Source of the DNA: Albugo candida
Lineage: Eukaryota
DNA: 64,000 nt
Direction of reading: 5' to 3'
Assembly: GCA_040437565.1 (NCBI GenBank)
Contig: JBDOQK010000027.1
Coordinates: 248,001 to 312,000 of the forward strand
A program made the position numbers and the translations under genes. Numbering within the stretch: position 1 is the first letter of the stretch; every line of letters begins with the position of its first letter. Shown piece after piece: positions 26,023 to 37,848 of the stretch. The notes under the pieces are model-generated. The model saw only the letters and a list, made by a program, of their open reading frames with translations, was not told where the DNA came from and made no database searches.

Positions 26023-26512
26023 AATGTTACTCTCTTCAAGCGCTGAATATCAGCGTCTTATCAAATAGACTGCAGNNNNNNNNNNNNNNNNNNNNNNNNN
26101 NNNNNNNNNNNNNNNNNNNNNNNNNNNNNNNNNNNNNNNNNNNNNNNNNNNNNNNNNNNNNNNNNNNNNNNNNNNGGCTAGAATGTTACTCTCTTCAAGC
26201 GCTGAATATCAGCGTCTTATCAAATAGACTGCAGCCATAATTTCCAAGACAAACATTCCTAGGTTCGTTTACATCTTAAATGTGCTTCTGTCAGCACACT
26301 TGTTACCTATATATACACATCGCCGTTGAGACTATTAAAAGTATCGATTATTCTCCTAATCCACGACGCCAGCGGTCGTGAAGCGGTTACTATAGTATCG
26401 TTATTCTTTCGCCAATTCAACGAAATAAATTTCAGAACTGACGAAAGCCGCAACTGATTTAAAAACGAAACAGTCGACGTGCGGCTGTATGTCGATCACA
26501 CTAAAGTTCTTG

Positions 26513-26527
26513 TCAGTCTTCAATTTG
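26513..26527 (+). promoter_or_regulatory. Oomycete INR+FPR-like core promoter
   Basis: TCAGTCTTCAATTTG ends 22 nt before the WrbA ATG and resembles the oomycete initiator/flanking consensus TCA(T/G)TYYNCAWTTT. Confidence 0.55.
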
Positions 26528-26549
26528 AGATTGAGATCAACGAGTTCTC

Positions 26550-27152
26550 ATGGTCAAGATTGCAATTATCTATTACTCTACCTATGGACACGTTGCACGC
26601 CTGGCGGAAACCGTAAAAGAAGGCTGCGAGCTGGTCACAGGCGTTTCAGCTGATATTTATCAAGTCGCTGAAACACTTACAGATGATGTTTTGTCAAAGA
26701 TGCATGCTCCACCCAAGAAGGAGTACCCGATCGCCACTATGGACGTGCTCAAGGATGCGGATGGAGTTCTGTTTGGATTTCCCACCCGTTTTGGTCTAGT
26801 TCCCGCACAAATGAAAGCTTATTTCGATATGGCTGGACAATTATGGCAGAGTGGATGCACTATTGGAAAGCCTGCCGGTCTTTTTTTCAGTACTGGAACG
26901 CCTGGAGGTGGACAAGAGACCACTGCTTTCACCTGCATACCATTTCTCACCCATCTAGGCATGGTATTTGTCCCTCTTGGATATCGCTCCCCGCTTCTTG
27001 GCAATCTTGACGAAGTTCACGGCGGAAGTGCATGGGGCGCGGGGACATTGGCCGGGCCAGATGGAAGTCGTCAACCATCCAAATTGGAGCTTGACGTAGC
27101 CAAAGTACAAGGCGAAAGTTTCGCTGCAGTAACACGCAAACTCGCGGCGTAG
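26550..27152 (+). CDS. wrbA: NAD(P)H:quinone oxidoreductase, WrbA/PST2 flavodoxin-like
   Basis: IIYYSTYGHV, FGFPTRFG, FFSTGTPGGGQET and EVHGGSAWGAGTLAGPDGSRQPS; intronless, 200 aa. Confidence 0.95.
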   Translation: MVKIAIIYYSTYGHVARLAETVKEGCELVTGVSADIYQVAETLTDDVLSKMHAPPKKEYPIATMDVLKDADGVLFGFPTRFGLVPAQMKAYFDMAGQLWQSGCTIGKPAGLFFSTGTPGGGQETTAFTCIPFLTHLGMVFVPLGYRSPLLGNLDEVHGGSAWGAGTLAGPDGSRQPSKLELDVAKVQGESFAAVTRKLAA

Positions 27153-27223
27153 TTTGGAAAGAAAAGAGACGCTGTTGTCAATATAACACGATTTCTTTCG
27201 GTAACTTTGATTTGACTTTATTG

Positions 27224-29845
27224 CTACGGGGCTGAGTAGCGATTGTAGTGCGCAGTTGCAATGCGACGCGACCGTCTCACGTGCGTCGACATACTGAGTG
27301 GTCTCACCGCTGCATGCACGGGTGCACGTGCAGGAATAAACTCCAATACGTCATCGTCCTCTGTTCTCAGTATTGCCGAATCACTCATTCGCTTCTGCCA
27401 TCGTTTTGCGTGTAATGCTTGTCGTTTACGTGACAATGTCTGCCGGTGTCGAAGGTAGAGAAACAAAAAGATGCTCAAGCTGAATAATGAGAATGCCGAA
27501 ACTCTTTTGAGCGTTTTCTGTGTCATGTGTGTAGACACCAGCGTATCGGACGAGAAACGGGTATCGATAGAAATATCGGGAATAATCCGTTGTTCATGCG
27601 TTTTAATAAAGTGCTGGACTTGTGTGCAGTGTTGCATATTGGCCTGATCGCTGCCACCAAGACCGCAAATCGACTTTGCTGTTTTACCATTTGTACCAAT
27701 TTCGGAATTGGCTCGACCAAGCGACGGATTAATCGTCAGTTCTGCATTTATACCGTGACTGTTTCCAAACAGACCACGAAAAGTTTCGAGCTGAGAACAT
27801 TGCTCGTGATGGACTTGCCTGGCTGCAGCTGGGCTCTCGTAACTTTGTTCACGTCCCTGCTTTCTGCTCCGAATGATATCAATTTCTTTCTGCAATAAAG
27901 ACGTATGTGTACTCACGATATCCTCATATTCGGAGACCTCTTTCAAGACATTTGAGTACAGCATGTGATCGCCACTAGTTTTGAGTTGCTTCATTACTTC
28001 AAATGATGCGAATTTGGTATCATTGCAACTCTTTTCTAAAACCATTTGGGTTTCCAATAGAACCGACTCCAGAACATCCTCAAGCAAAATTCGTCGAGAT
28101 TTGATCTTCTCCATCTCCTTTGTAATCCAAACGTATTCCGAGCGAGAAGTGGAGTTGGCACTTGTTGTATTCCTATGAACACTACTCGTTTGCCTGGATA
28201 GATTTGCAACAAAATGCTCGCTAAGATTGTAAGCGGGGTCAAACCATGACGACACAGCTTGCAAAACATTCTCTACAAATTTCAGCACAAACAAATTCAG
28301 TCCATCGTCGAGCTTCTGGAATGTCGTCGCAAGATAGCGAATGAGATCACGCAGGCCTAGTTCAACAATTGGATACCCCCGACAAAGTACTGAGTAGAGA
28401 AACTCAAGCGCCGCATATAAACCATGAGATACTCCACAAACATACGCTCGTATCCACTGTATCCACTCATTGGAAAAAACATTACTAAAAGTTGCTGACC
28501 TCAGCCAGTTCGCACATTTGTGTAGCATGTTGAAAGTGCAAACGAATGTATATGTCTTGATCGCGTGTAGTCTTTCAGCAAATGTAATTAAGCAGGTACA
28601 CAGTGTCAGAAGAGTAACTGTGACGCAAAAAATAACCTTCCACTCAGAAAGTACTGATGTGACTCTTCTCATCACAGTTTGCACGCTTTCCTTTGATTGA
28701 TATACGGAAGCCATTGTCGAATCAGACGTATTTTGTATTTGCTCTTCTGTGTAAAAGTCTTCATCGATTGCGGATTCAACGTCGATTTCATCCCAGAACG
28801 CTCCACTGTTTTCGATCCCGTCAAACGTCGTTTCCGCTGGAAGAGAATACATGAAATCAATAGTCTCCTTACTAGATGTTTCGCACGGGAAATTCTCATC
28901 ACGCTTTGGCCTCGTACCAATTTCAATATCCGAAAAGATTTCTGCGTGCTCGACGCCAATCTCTGTGGTACTGATATCACCTTCTCGTAGTTCTGTATTG
29001 GCCTCCTTCTCGAAAAAACCAACGACGTCAGACTCTCGAAAGAAGCTTTCATCACTCGCATGACCATCTTCCAAACCCATTTCAAAATTTGATCTCTCAT
29101 CAAAGTAGCCAGGGTCATCATGTGACTTCTGATCAGCGATTTTGTTATGTTTAACATCATCACACCACAAATCATGGCCTAATTCACATAATTCGTCTGC
29201 AAAGCCATATTGTTGATTAATGCCTGTGCCCTCAAGTTCAAAAGGAAAATTAGAATCATTAAATGTCCAAGTTGTGTCCACGGCTTGATGTATCTCAGAC
29301 AACACATTTGCTCCTCTATCTTGTTCCATACAATTATTGGATCTTGCCAGTTGATGTAAGCGCTCTCGCGTTCTACTACGCGAAATTTGAGAATGTGAAA
29401 TCTGCCAATCCGAAGATGCAGGAGGAGATGTGGTCCGAGGTTCTGAACTAGTACAGCTGCTACTGCTGCCAACTTCCATCATTGGAATCTCACTCTCCGG
29501 GTCCATTTGATTATCATTTACATCAGCATTTTCTTCATCCAAATTCGATAGTTTCCGATGCATGCAATATTTCTCGCAAGTTGACTTGGTTTCGCCAAAG
29601 GTCTCGTTCTTCAGTACAAATGCATCGGCCATTTCATCCGTTTTGTTAGCCGAAGATATCGACGGTATCTCTCTAGTGTAGTTATTGTCGTGCATCTTTC
29701 GCGAATAGATAGAAGGGACAGGTATACGTGAAGGGCACATGCGACTTGTGTCATTTCTTCGCTCTTTTTTTTTTGAAGCCTTTCCACGCCGCCACTCAAC
29801 ATCCTGCTCACCATCAGCCATGATTGTGGCCTTTCGTGTATGCAC
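27224..29845 (-). CDS. Hypothetical membrane protein (873 aa)
   Basis: Long uninterrupted ORF with an acidic disordered N-half, hydrophobic segments VIFCVTVTLLTLCTCLITF and AFSLFSLSIFLFLYL, and a basic tail. Confidence 0.7.
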   Translation of the reverse strand: MHTRKATIMADGEQDVEWRRGKASKKKERRNDTSRMCPSRIPVPSIYSRKMHDNNYTREIPSISSANKTDEMADAFVLKNETFGETKSTCEKYCMHRKLSNLDEENADVNDNQMDPESEIPMMEVGSSSSCTSSEPRTTSPPASSDWQISHSQISRSRTRERLHQLARSNNCMEQDRGANVLSEIHQAVDTTWTFNDSNFPFELEGTGINQQYGFADELCELGHDLWCDDVKHNKIADQKSHDDPGYFDERSNFEMGLEDGHASDESFFRESDVVGFFEKEANTELREGDISTTEIGVEHAEIFSDIEIGTRPKRDENFPCETSSKETIDFMYSLPAETTFDGIENSGAFWDEIDVESAIDEDFYTEEQIQNTSDSTMASVYQSKESVQTVMRRVTSVLSEWKVIFCVTVTLLTLCTCLITFAERLHAIKTYTFVCTFNMLHKCANWLRSATFSNVFSNEWIQWIRAYVCGVSHGLYAALEFLYSVLCRGYPIVELGLRDLIRYLATTFQKLDDGLNLFVLKFVENVLQAVSSWFDPAYNLSEHFVANLSRQTSSVHRNTTSANSTSRSEYVWITKEMEKIKSRRILLEDVLESVLLETQMVLEKSCNDTKFASFEVMKQLKTSGDHMLYSNVLKEVSEYEDIVSTHTSLLQKEIDIIRSRKQGREQSYESPAAARQVHHEQCSQLETFRGLFGNSHGINAELTINPSLGRANSEIGTNGKTAKSICGLGGSDQANMQHCTQVQHFIKTHEQRIIPDISIDTRFSSDTLVSTHMTQKTLKRVSAFSLFSLSIFLFLYLRHRQTLSRKRQALHAKRWQKRMSDSAILRTEDDDVLEFIPARAPVHAAVRPLSMSTHVRRSRRIATAHYNRYSAP

Positions 29846-30015
29846 AGACTGACAGCGTCACAAAGAAGATGAATTATTCAATGAAACGACGTGTCGCATT
29901 GCGCTATAAAATTAAAATTGGATGTTTTAAAGATTTGAAAAAAGAGTGATGGTTCGTAAGCGGTATCAGAGTCGTCTGATTCTGATTCTGAGACCGCATT
30001 ATTCATTGATTAGAA

Positions 30016-31067
30016 ATGATTGAACCGGAGTCAACGCCGACTTTGCTCCCATCTCGCGCGAAGAAAAATGGAAATGAAAACGACCTTCCCGTGGTACCGC
30101 TGAGAAATCCTTCTCACATAAGGAATAAGATGAAACGCGTCCAAGTAATGCAACAATATCGCAAGTCAAAGAAATTAAATAGAAAAGCACAGCAGACGCT
30201 GCGCAATCGTCAGCAAATGGAGGAGTTCGGTAAAATTATCAAGGAAGAACCACGCACTATCGATAACACTCGTGAACCAAATGTGACAATGATAAATGCA
30301 GAGGATGAGAACGAGAATGAGGAGATCTATCAGGATGAAATCGATGACGAGTTTGCTGCAATCTTTAGTAATCAAACGACACCAAAGATCATGATCACGA
30401 CTCGTCCTTTTCCTTCTGGAGAATTGTATCATTTCATTAATGAGCTACTACAACTGATACCAAATTCCTTTTATTATAAACGTGGACGATTCAGCATCAA
30501 AGAAATCTGTCAATTTGCGGCGAATAAGTTGTTCACACACTTGATTGTGTTGAGCGAGAGAAGTAAAGTATGCAATGGGTACGTGGAGACCCTACGTGCT
30601 GTTCGAGCTTGTGTGACTGATTGTGTTAAATCTCCAGAATGCTATTGAGTCGCTTACCCTCAGGTCCAACCTCTTTTTTCAAAGTGTCCAACGTAAAACT
30701 ACAAGAAGCGATCACCGATCACGGAAGACGTACAGAACATCAGCCTGAAATCATACTGAACAACTTTTCAACTCGCCTTGGACGCCGGATAGGTAGATTT
30801 CTCGGTTCTTGCTTTCGACAGCAACCTGAATTCGATGGTCGCCAAGTTGTTACGTTTCACAATCAACGAGACTTTATATTCATCCGGCATCATCGCTACA
30901 TATTCGATGAAAATGGGAAGCGAGCTCGTCTACAAGAAATTGGACCAAGCTTCACCATCAAGTTAAAATGGCTTCAGGATGGAACATTTGACACAAAGTA
31001 TGGGGAGTACGAGTGGATCGCTCGATCGTACAAGCAAAATACATCACGCAAAAGATTTTATTTATAG
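30016..31067 (+). CDS. RPF1: Ribosome production factor 1 (Brix domain), 2 exons
   Basis: PRTIDNTRE, DEFAAIF...PKIMITT, LPSGPT, PEIILNNFSTRLG, RQVVTFHNQRDFIFIRHHRY and LQEIGPSFT; intron 30580-30638. Confidence 0.93.
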
Positions 31068-31109
31068 TATCAGAAAGAATTTTGTCGCTTACAATTGTAC
31101 GTCTTTAAT

Positions 31110-31634
31110 TCATAATTCATGACTCTTCGGCTTCTTCGTTTGCCTCGAATATTCGTAGAAAAATGTGGGTAACTGCCGATACATTGAATAGTCATCTTTC
31201 TTTTGATCAATTAATGTTCGTACTTCGCGTCGTTGCTTCTTCACCTGTGACAATTCTGTTTTTCTATGACCGCCGCTTTCCTCAGCCGAACATGACTGAT
31301 TCGACGTGTACAGTTCGCTCACTTGCTTTCCATATCGATCCCATAAAATAAACAGCAAAAATACGAGAAAAAGTAGCAGGAGAATCAAGCCTCCTATTAT
31401 TTTCATCTCAGGTGACATAACTATTGCGGCAGTTTGTTTGTCCCCTACTATTTTGCTTGTACCTGCGGAACCCGTTTCTGTCTGACGATAATGGATAGGT
31501 GTAGATTCTGCAGCACTTGGATGGGATTCTGAACTCTTGAACGCTGTTTGCTCGCTTTCTATAGTATCATCAGGCGATCCCATCTGCTTTGCATTCTCGA
31601 AAGTATGATCAGTTGGAGCATCGCGCGCGGGCAT
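31110..31634 (-). CDS. Small single-pass membrane protein, hypothetical
   Basis: 174 aa ORF with one strong TM segment (IIGGLILLLLFLVFLLFILW). Confidence 0.6.
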   Translation of the reverse strand: MPARDAPTDHTFENAKQMGSPDDTIESEQTAFKSSESHPSAAESTPIHYRQTETGSAGTSKIVGDKQTAAIVMSPEMKIIGGLILLLLFLVFLLFILWDRYGKQVSELYTSNQSCSAEESGGHRKTELSQVKKQRREVRTLIDQKKDDYSMYRQLPTFFYEYSRQTKKPKSHEL

Positions 31635-32441
31635 GAATTTAGTACTTAATCATCATCTGACGGTAGTAGAAGCATGCAGTGTACTTTCAGAAACTGGAGA
31701 AGCCTCCGTGCTCACGTACACTTAATTCAACGAGTCGACTCATTCACTTCGATACGAACACTACGGGAACAAAACACACTTGATCATGTAGGCGTACTAC
31801 AAGAAAAATAAAAGCGTTCCATTTCTGCAATAAGATCAAAACAAGTACGCGTTGTTCTCAAGCGGGGTCAAAAATGGCGTGAATTGGCCATACTATGCAT
31901 AGATCAAACAAACGTAAAGCAGCTTCGCGCTTGATCAGTAATCGACGTTGACTGCCAATTTGACATAGGACCTGAGCGAATCTTAGATCGCATCATTTTG
32001 AGATAATTTTGATAGGCGATTAAGCCGCTAAGCGACATTGCATATGCTAAGAGACCACAAGACTTCATGCTACATGATTGGTTCCACGGTATGCTCAAAT
32101 AGCGCGATTAGAGAAATATTGAGCGATGCAATCTCACTCTATTTCAGGCCTGATCAATGAAGTAGCTTGCGAAGAAGAGTGTGTGAGCAAAACAATGAAA
32201 AGCGCGTATTACTACCGCACGACATAATGGAAGTGTTACACATTATATTTATTCAAGCAAAAAGGTCCAGCTTGAGGGATTCTGTGCTTCACTTTTGTAC
32301 TGCGCAATATTCAAGTGAGTGCACTATACTTAAGGATAAGCCCACAGTCGTCCTAAAGGAAACGCTATTTTAGGAATGAAGTAGATTCGGTAATCTGATC
32401 AGCTTTTTGGCACTGCGCACGATATTCATTTCGCAAAAAGG

Positions 32442-34850
32442 ATGGAGACCCATCCATCAAACGAAGATACAAATGAAGGGCACAAGACTTTCAGAAAACG
32501 TTTCGCAATATATGGTCGTCAAAACGATCATATCAGTCATATATCGTCCAATTCAGTTGATCGATTAGATTCAAGTGATCATCATTCTGACACGGATTCT
32601 AACCATGTTCAACATACATTAATGCTTCAAGAAAATGGAAAATTGGCGCATTTCTTCAACGAAGTAGATTATCTGGTTGAGGGCCTATTGAGTCCTTCAA
32701 AATTTAGATCGATACCTGCGATTGAGCATGCTCAGACTGTCTTGGAATTGATCCGAATGTTACGTGACGTTAAAGTACAAAAGTTGTTTGCATTCTCAGA
32801 TGGTCTAGAGAAATCTTCACGCGAATGTAAAATCGGGTATCGCTTACGAACCGTCGTAAACCTGCTTTCTAATTCAGATATTAGCGTGCATCATCCTCTT
32901 CAAGTCTGTCTTGCAGCCTTAGCTTATCAGATGAGCAGTTGCACAACTTTCAGTGAGATGGTGGATGACGAGATGGTCAAACTCATGATGAAGCAAATAC
33001 GACAAACTTGCCCGAAAAGGGAGATGTTTGAAGGGCATAAAAAAGGATTGGTCATGGTGGAAAATGTCACCAACAAGTCTGTGCAAAGCGGTGGCTCCGC
33101 AAAGAAAAAGAGATGTTTTCTCAAGCGAAAGTCGATGTGTAATGATGGCAAAAATGAAGAAGTAATATTCCAGGGACTTGGCAACATTTTTGGTGAAGAA
33201 ACCTTTTTCTCTCCTTACAAGAGATCAAAAACGTTTTTCGAGAATATCGCTTTATCAACAATTCTGAACTTATTGGATTACGAATGCTATAAATCGGCAG
33301 GAGAATCAACAAGTCATTTATCTGGCGAGTCATTGTATAACACGAAGCACAATCCGCTACAAATATTACAAGCAGCGCTCAGAAGCAAACAAAATAGGCG
33401 ACGGATACTGGTCCAATGTGATGGTATCTCGACTCTGGTAGATTTGCTAGATTCAAGGTATCGACTTTTGAAAGATGCCTATTTTATAGGAATACAGAGT
33501 TTCGATGACCCTGAATCGACACACTACCTCCATGATGTCCGGGTAGTACTCTGTGTTTTGTACCAGGCATCCTTTCTATGTCTTAGCGTACAACGATCAA
33601 TGGTTGGGGAAAAATCTCTGTTCGTTATATTGTTAGAGCTCCTTCGGTATCTCAGTGAAGCATGTTTCACTCCGGAAGCTTTGTCTAAGAAGAATAGCGA
33701 CACTCAATTTGATGTTGCCTTGGATGTACTACTTGCTGCACTACGCGTAATCATCAATCTTACACACAACAACGAAAAAGCAGCCATGCAGTTTGGTCGT
33801 TTACAAGGCATCCAAATTCTTTTTCTTGCATTTTGTCGGATTTGGCATCTTGTCAATCACGATAAAAACGTCGACAAAGTTGCAAAACATGAAATGGATG
33901 ATAAATTGGTTTATGATGGTTGTCTTCTGCTGTTGAGTGCAATGACCAACAACATTGAAAACAATGAGAGTAACCGGGACACACTGACGGCCGTCCAGAA
34001 TACCTTCTTGGGATCGGAATCAGTTGGCGCATTAGATGCCTGCAGCGTGATTGTGTCTTTCTTCATGAGCAAAATCAGCTCATATGTGGAGTATATTGAG
34101 GCTACCAATGGTGAGGAAGATTCCGCATCCGATATAAATGGAGAAGCCAGTCGCCTTTTAGTTCCAGAAGATGTCATTCTTGGTGGCTGCGCATCGTTAT
34201 TACTGGGCTGTCTGATGAAAGATCGTCCTGAGAATGCTTCAATGATACTACGTTATCTGCCTGATCATACGTTCATATTGCCATTGCGTGCGCTGAGCGC
34301 ATTTGTCGCACTACATTCCCAAATTGGCACGTTGACGGCTGAAGTTGGGAAATCTGTTCTGGAAGTGGAAAAAGTCTTCAAAATGTATACTGGTGTGAAT
34401 GAAGTACGAATCGTTAATAACGTGGCCTCTAAAATGTGCAAGCCCAAGGGTGGCGATCATCATGCACGTGCAAAGCCTGGAAGTAGTGAAGGCTCAGTGA
34501 GATCAACCATGAAACGCACTTTGTTAGCTGCAAAAAGTCAGGCACAATTCGAGGTTGAGTCACCACTATCGGAACGAGAATCCGGAGCTGTTATAGATAA
34601 GTGCAAAAAGAATCTTTGCGGGTCATTGTCTGAGGACTCGGACTGCGATGGGAGTCATACTGGTCCAGATAGATGTCAAAGTCAAATCAAAAGTCGGACC
34701 TGTGGTACCAAGCGACGGTCACGATTCACTCCGAAAACGCCCCTAAGATCTCGAAAAAAGCTATTGACTTCCATCAAGAATCGAGCAAAACGCGCGAGTA
34801 TTGGTATGCCATTACGCAATCTGGGTGAGGATTTTGATGCTTGTGTATGA
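32442..34850 (+). CDS. WAPL: Wings-apart-like (cohesin release factor) domain protein
   Basis: 802 aa ORF with ALRVIINLTHNN, LLLLSAMTNNIENNESNR and ASLLLGCLM, matching the helical WAPL domain pattern; basic NLS-like patches. Confidence 0.75.
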   Translation: METHPSNEDTNEGHKTFRKRFAIYGRQNDHISHISSNSVDRLDSSDHHSDTDSNHVQHTLMLQENGKLAHFFNEVDYLVEGLLSPSKFRSIPAIEHAQTVLELIRMLRDVKVQKLFAFSDGLEKSSRECKIGYRLRTVVNLLSNSDISVHHPLQVCLAALAYQMSSCTTFSEMVDDEMVKLMMKQIRQTCPKREMFEGHKKGLVMVENVTNKSVQSGGSAKKKRCFLKRKSMCNDGKNEEVIFQGLGNIFGEETFFSPYKRSKTFFENIALSTILNLLDYECYKSAGESTSHLSGESLYNTKHNPLQILQAALRSKQNRRRILVQCDGISTLVDLLDSRYRLLKDAYFIGIQSFDDPESTHYLHDVRVVLCVLYQASFLCLSVQRSMVGEKSLFVILLELLRYLSEACFTPEALSKKNSDTQFDVALDVLLAALRVIINLTHNNEKAAMQFGRLQGIQILFLAFCRIWHLVNHDKNVDKVAKHEMDDKLVYDGCLLLLSAMTNNIENNESNRDTLTAVQNTFLGSESVGALDACSVIVSFFMSKISSYVEYIEATNGEEDSASDINGEASRLLVPEDVILGGCASLLLGCLMKDRPENASMILRYLPDHTFILPLRALSAFVALHSQIGTLTAEVGKSVLEVEKVFKMYTGVNEVRIVNNVASKMCKPKGGDHHARAKPGSSEGSVRSTMKRTLLAAKSQAQFEVESPLSERESGAVIDKCKKNLCGSLSEDSDCDGSHTGPDRCQSQIKSRTCGTKRRSRFTPKTPLRSRKKLLTSIKNRAKRASIGMPLRNLGEDFDACV

Positions 34851-36154
34851 CCAGCGTGACTCTTACAAGCAACGAAGGCAACTCTTATTATGTGGCAAAT
34901 CATACAAAGAGATGTTACTTTTGGTATTATCACTAACTAATACGATGTCATGATGACGAGGCATAGCCCATTAGATCGAACGCTACGTTTTGAATGCCCT
35001 GCTGAAGAAGGTGGAAACTGTCGGTCTCCATCATTTCTTTGGGCTTGAAGTACGCTTCAGAGACTAGCTTGACCAGAAGTACGAGTGGTACAAACGGAGA
35101 TCCTGGTAGATTCTAACGGGAGCCATAGACTGATGTAGATGTATTTCGCTTGCAAGAATGGCTCGATGATAGTCGCGCAACTTCTCTCCTGTTTTCGCAA
35201 CTTTTTTATGAAACGTCATCTTGTCGCGAGGATGTTTACGCATGGTACTTTCTATTCAATTCCCTTTGTGAAGCTCATCTTCATTTGGTCTGAGGCTGAA
35301 GTTCGACCTATATATTTAATTACTTTCCTGATGTCTATCAAAGTTGCACGAAGAAAATCGGCATCTTCGGATTCGATTCACAATATGTCGCTATAGTCGT
35401 CGATGCACATGCAATGCAGGCTGATACCTCTGATCATTGTCCACCCTCTTCATGTTGGATGCTATGATGACGAAATACAGAACCTACATCCTACTGTGAT
35501 TTTTCCCTCACAAGCGACAGCGTGAGCATGTGCGGCATAAACGGATACTTCGTTGTGGCATAATAGTATCCTGACAATCACCACAATGCATAGTGTTGGA
35601 CACGTATGAATTTCAGACTACTTCGTCGATCAGCAGGCACCTCTCGGATGTTTGCGGACTTTATATAAAACGCTCCATGAGATTCAATGCATTAGGTGGC
35701 TATGCGATACTGACTAGCGGACACATTTAATTGTTATATGTGCCTTTCGCATGCATATAGGTATGAGTTTCTATATAGAGATGCATAAAATTTACAGAAG
35801 CGGTGATTGGAAGCATGCAATTTTCTCGCATACGGCGGGAAGAAACATGCCACTTTATTCATATGACCAATGTTTCGTAAAAAAGCATGCAATGATCANN
35901 NNNNNNNNNNNNNNNNNNNNNNNNNNNNNNNNNNNNNNNNNNNNNNNNNNNNNNNNNNNNNNNNNNNNNNNNNNNNNNNNNNNNNNNNNNNNNNNNNNAT
36001 TCATATGACCAATGTTTCGTAAAAAAGCATGCAATGATCAAATATGAGATATTCGTAATAATCTAGCGATTGGTTAAAAGATATTGTAATCTGATATGCT
36101 AAATTGCTACTGCATTTTGAGTGGTTAGACAATTTCTCCATTTGAATAATCAAC

Positions 36155-37848
36155 ATGCTGCTGGTTTGTATGTTGGTTGGAGTTGCGGGAAACGTGTTCT
36201 CAGTGGAAGCTGATGACCATAAAATAGTCGATACTGTGAAGGACGAGATTAAGAAGAAGAAACCCAACGCGGTAAAATGTGATGCAGATGAACTGGAGCT
36301 GTACCTCGCGAAAAGAAACGGCGTGTGGCTTACTTACGCCTCTGATGATGTCGAGTGGTTGAGTGAAGGAGAGACAACCCATGTACAAGATCTTATTGAA
36401 GGGAAGGGGCTGCCACCAGTGGAATCTATCATAGATGTATTTCATGGAATAAATGATGCCCTCCGAGTCATTCATGTACTGGTGAAACTAACTGTCCACA
36501 CATGATGCAATTGATGCGCGGTTGACGCCCCAGAAAAGAAAATGGGCTGACTTGAAAGAGTACATCGTTCCATCCGCGTTTGGGAGTTACAAAGCTCACA
36601 ACGGATTTGTAGCTACCCGCGAAAAGTATAAAGGTCAAATTCAATGTCATCGACCGGACGATTCAAATCAGCTGACAAATCTGATACCGATTGTCCTGCT
36701 TAACGAGACCTTTATTCAATTTGACTATAATTGTCAACATATCGATATTGGTAAAGCGGATTTTGATTTCGTGGCTGAACTATGTGAGATTTCATCTACT
36801 CCATCCGAAGATGAAGCTGATTCGGCAGACGAGTGAGAGGGTTGCTAGGCAATTACCTCTTGGAACCTGGGAGTAACCAAATGTTATCGATTTCGACAAG
36901 AAGAGACTCGAGAACAGATGGATCTTGTCTTTGTGGTGAATATTTGTTGTTCAATTTGGAAGTCAAACTTCATAAAGGATCAGGTTCAGGGGATGCGACT
37001 TTGCAGAATGTTGCTTATTACATAAAACATTTACCAGGTGACATTAATCGTCAACTTCCTTGCTTTTTGGTGGATATAAGTGGACCGTTGCTCAGTGTCT
37101 TTGGCATTGTCAATGTTGGAGTTCATTTCGTAATTTGTGAACCTCTGGTTCAAAGTTTTCCATTGGTTTTCTGTATAAATTTGAGATTGCTGAATGGTTT
37201 GGCAAGAGTGTGTAAAGCTCTGAAGCGTGGGGTAGGAGAGCTCTATCGGTTTTATCCTGAAACTCGCAAAATGGCACTCCTTCGGACAAGATTCCCATAC
37301 AAGAACATCACAGACATAGATGGAACAATCACCACCCTCGAATATATAAGCGTATCCACACGACACGTTTCGTTGCGAAAATGGAAGAAGGACGGCAAGT
37401 TATCGTCAAGTTTGCGACAAAATACGGCAAAAAAGTTCATGAGTTTTGTGCACTTCAAGGGTTTGCGCCAAAGTTGCTTGCATGTGAGAAATTACCTAGT
37501 GAATGGTTTTTCATCGTCATGGAAAAAGTTGATCAGTTACAACTTCTCACTGTCGTTGTGGACCAACACAGGCCTAAAATTCTCGATGACTTGAAGACAA
37601 TTAAAAAACGCTTGTGTGACGTGAAATTCGTTGATGGGGATCTTCGCGAAGGAAATGTTTTATGGGATGTCAGGTCAGAGCAAGTTGTGTTGATTGATTT
37701 TGATTGGGCTGGAAAAGAAAATAAGGGCGTATATCCTCCGTTTATGAACAACGCAATAAAATGGCCAGATGGTGCAGAATCTGAAATGCCGCTTCGTGTA
37801 GAGCATGAATATTGGTTTAAGAAGTTGGTCAAGCGTTTGGATGTATAG
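36155..37848 (+). pseudogene. CRN: Crinkler (CRN) effector pseudogene: CRN N-terminus, PD-(D/E)xK nuclease-like domain, kinase-like domain
   Basis: LVCMLVGVAGNVFSV...CDADELELYLAK...WL...IHVLVKL; then DG...LEVK...GSGD...Q...YY; then VIVKF, GFAPKL, IVME, GDLREGNV and LIDFDWAG. Frameshifts at ~36500, ~36830 and ~37350. Confidence 0.88.

Noticed and set aside
29961-29971. tRNA-Met PBS-like CGGTATCAGAG
   Set aside because: No LTR or retroelement ORF nearby; it lies between two cellular genes.
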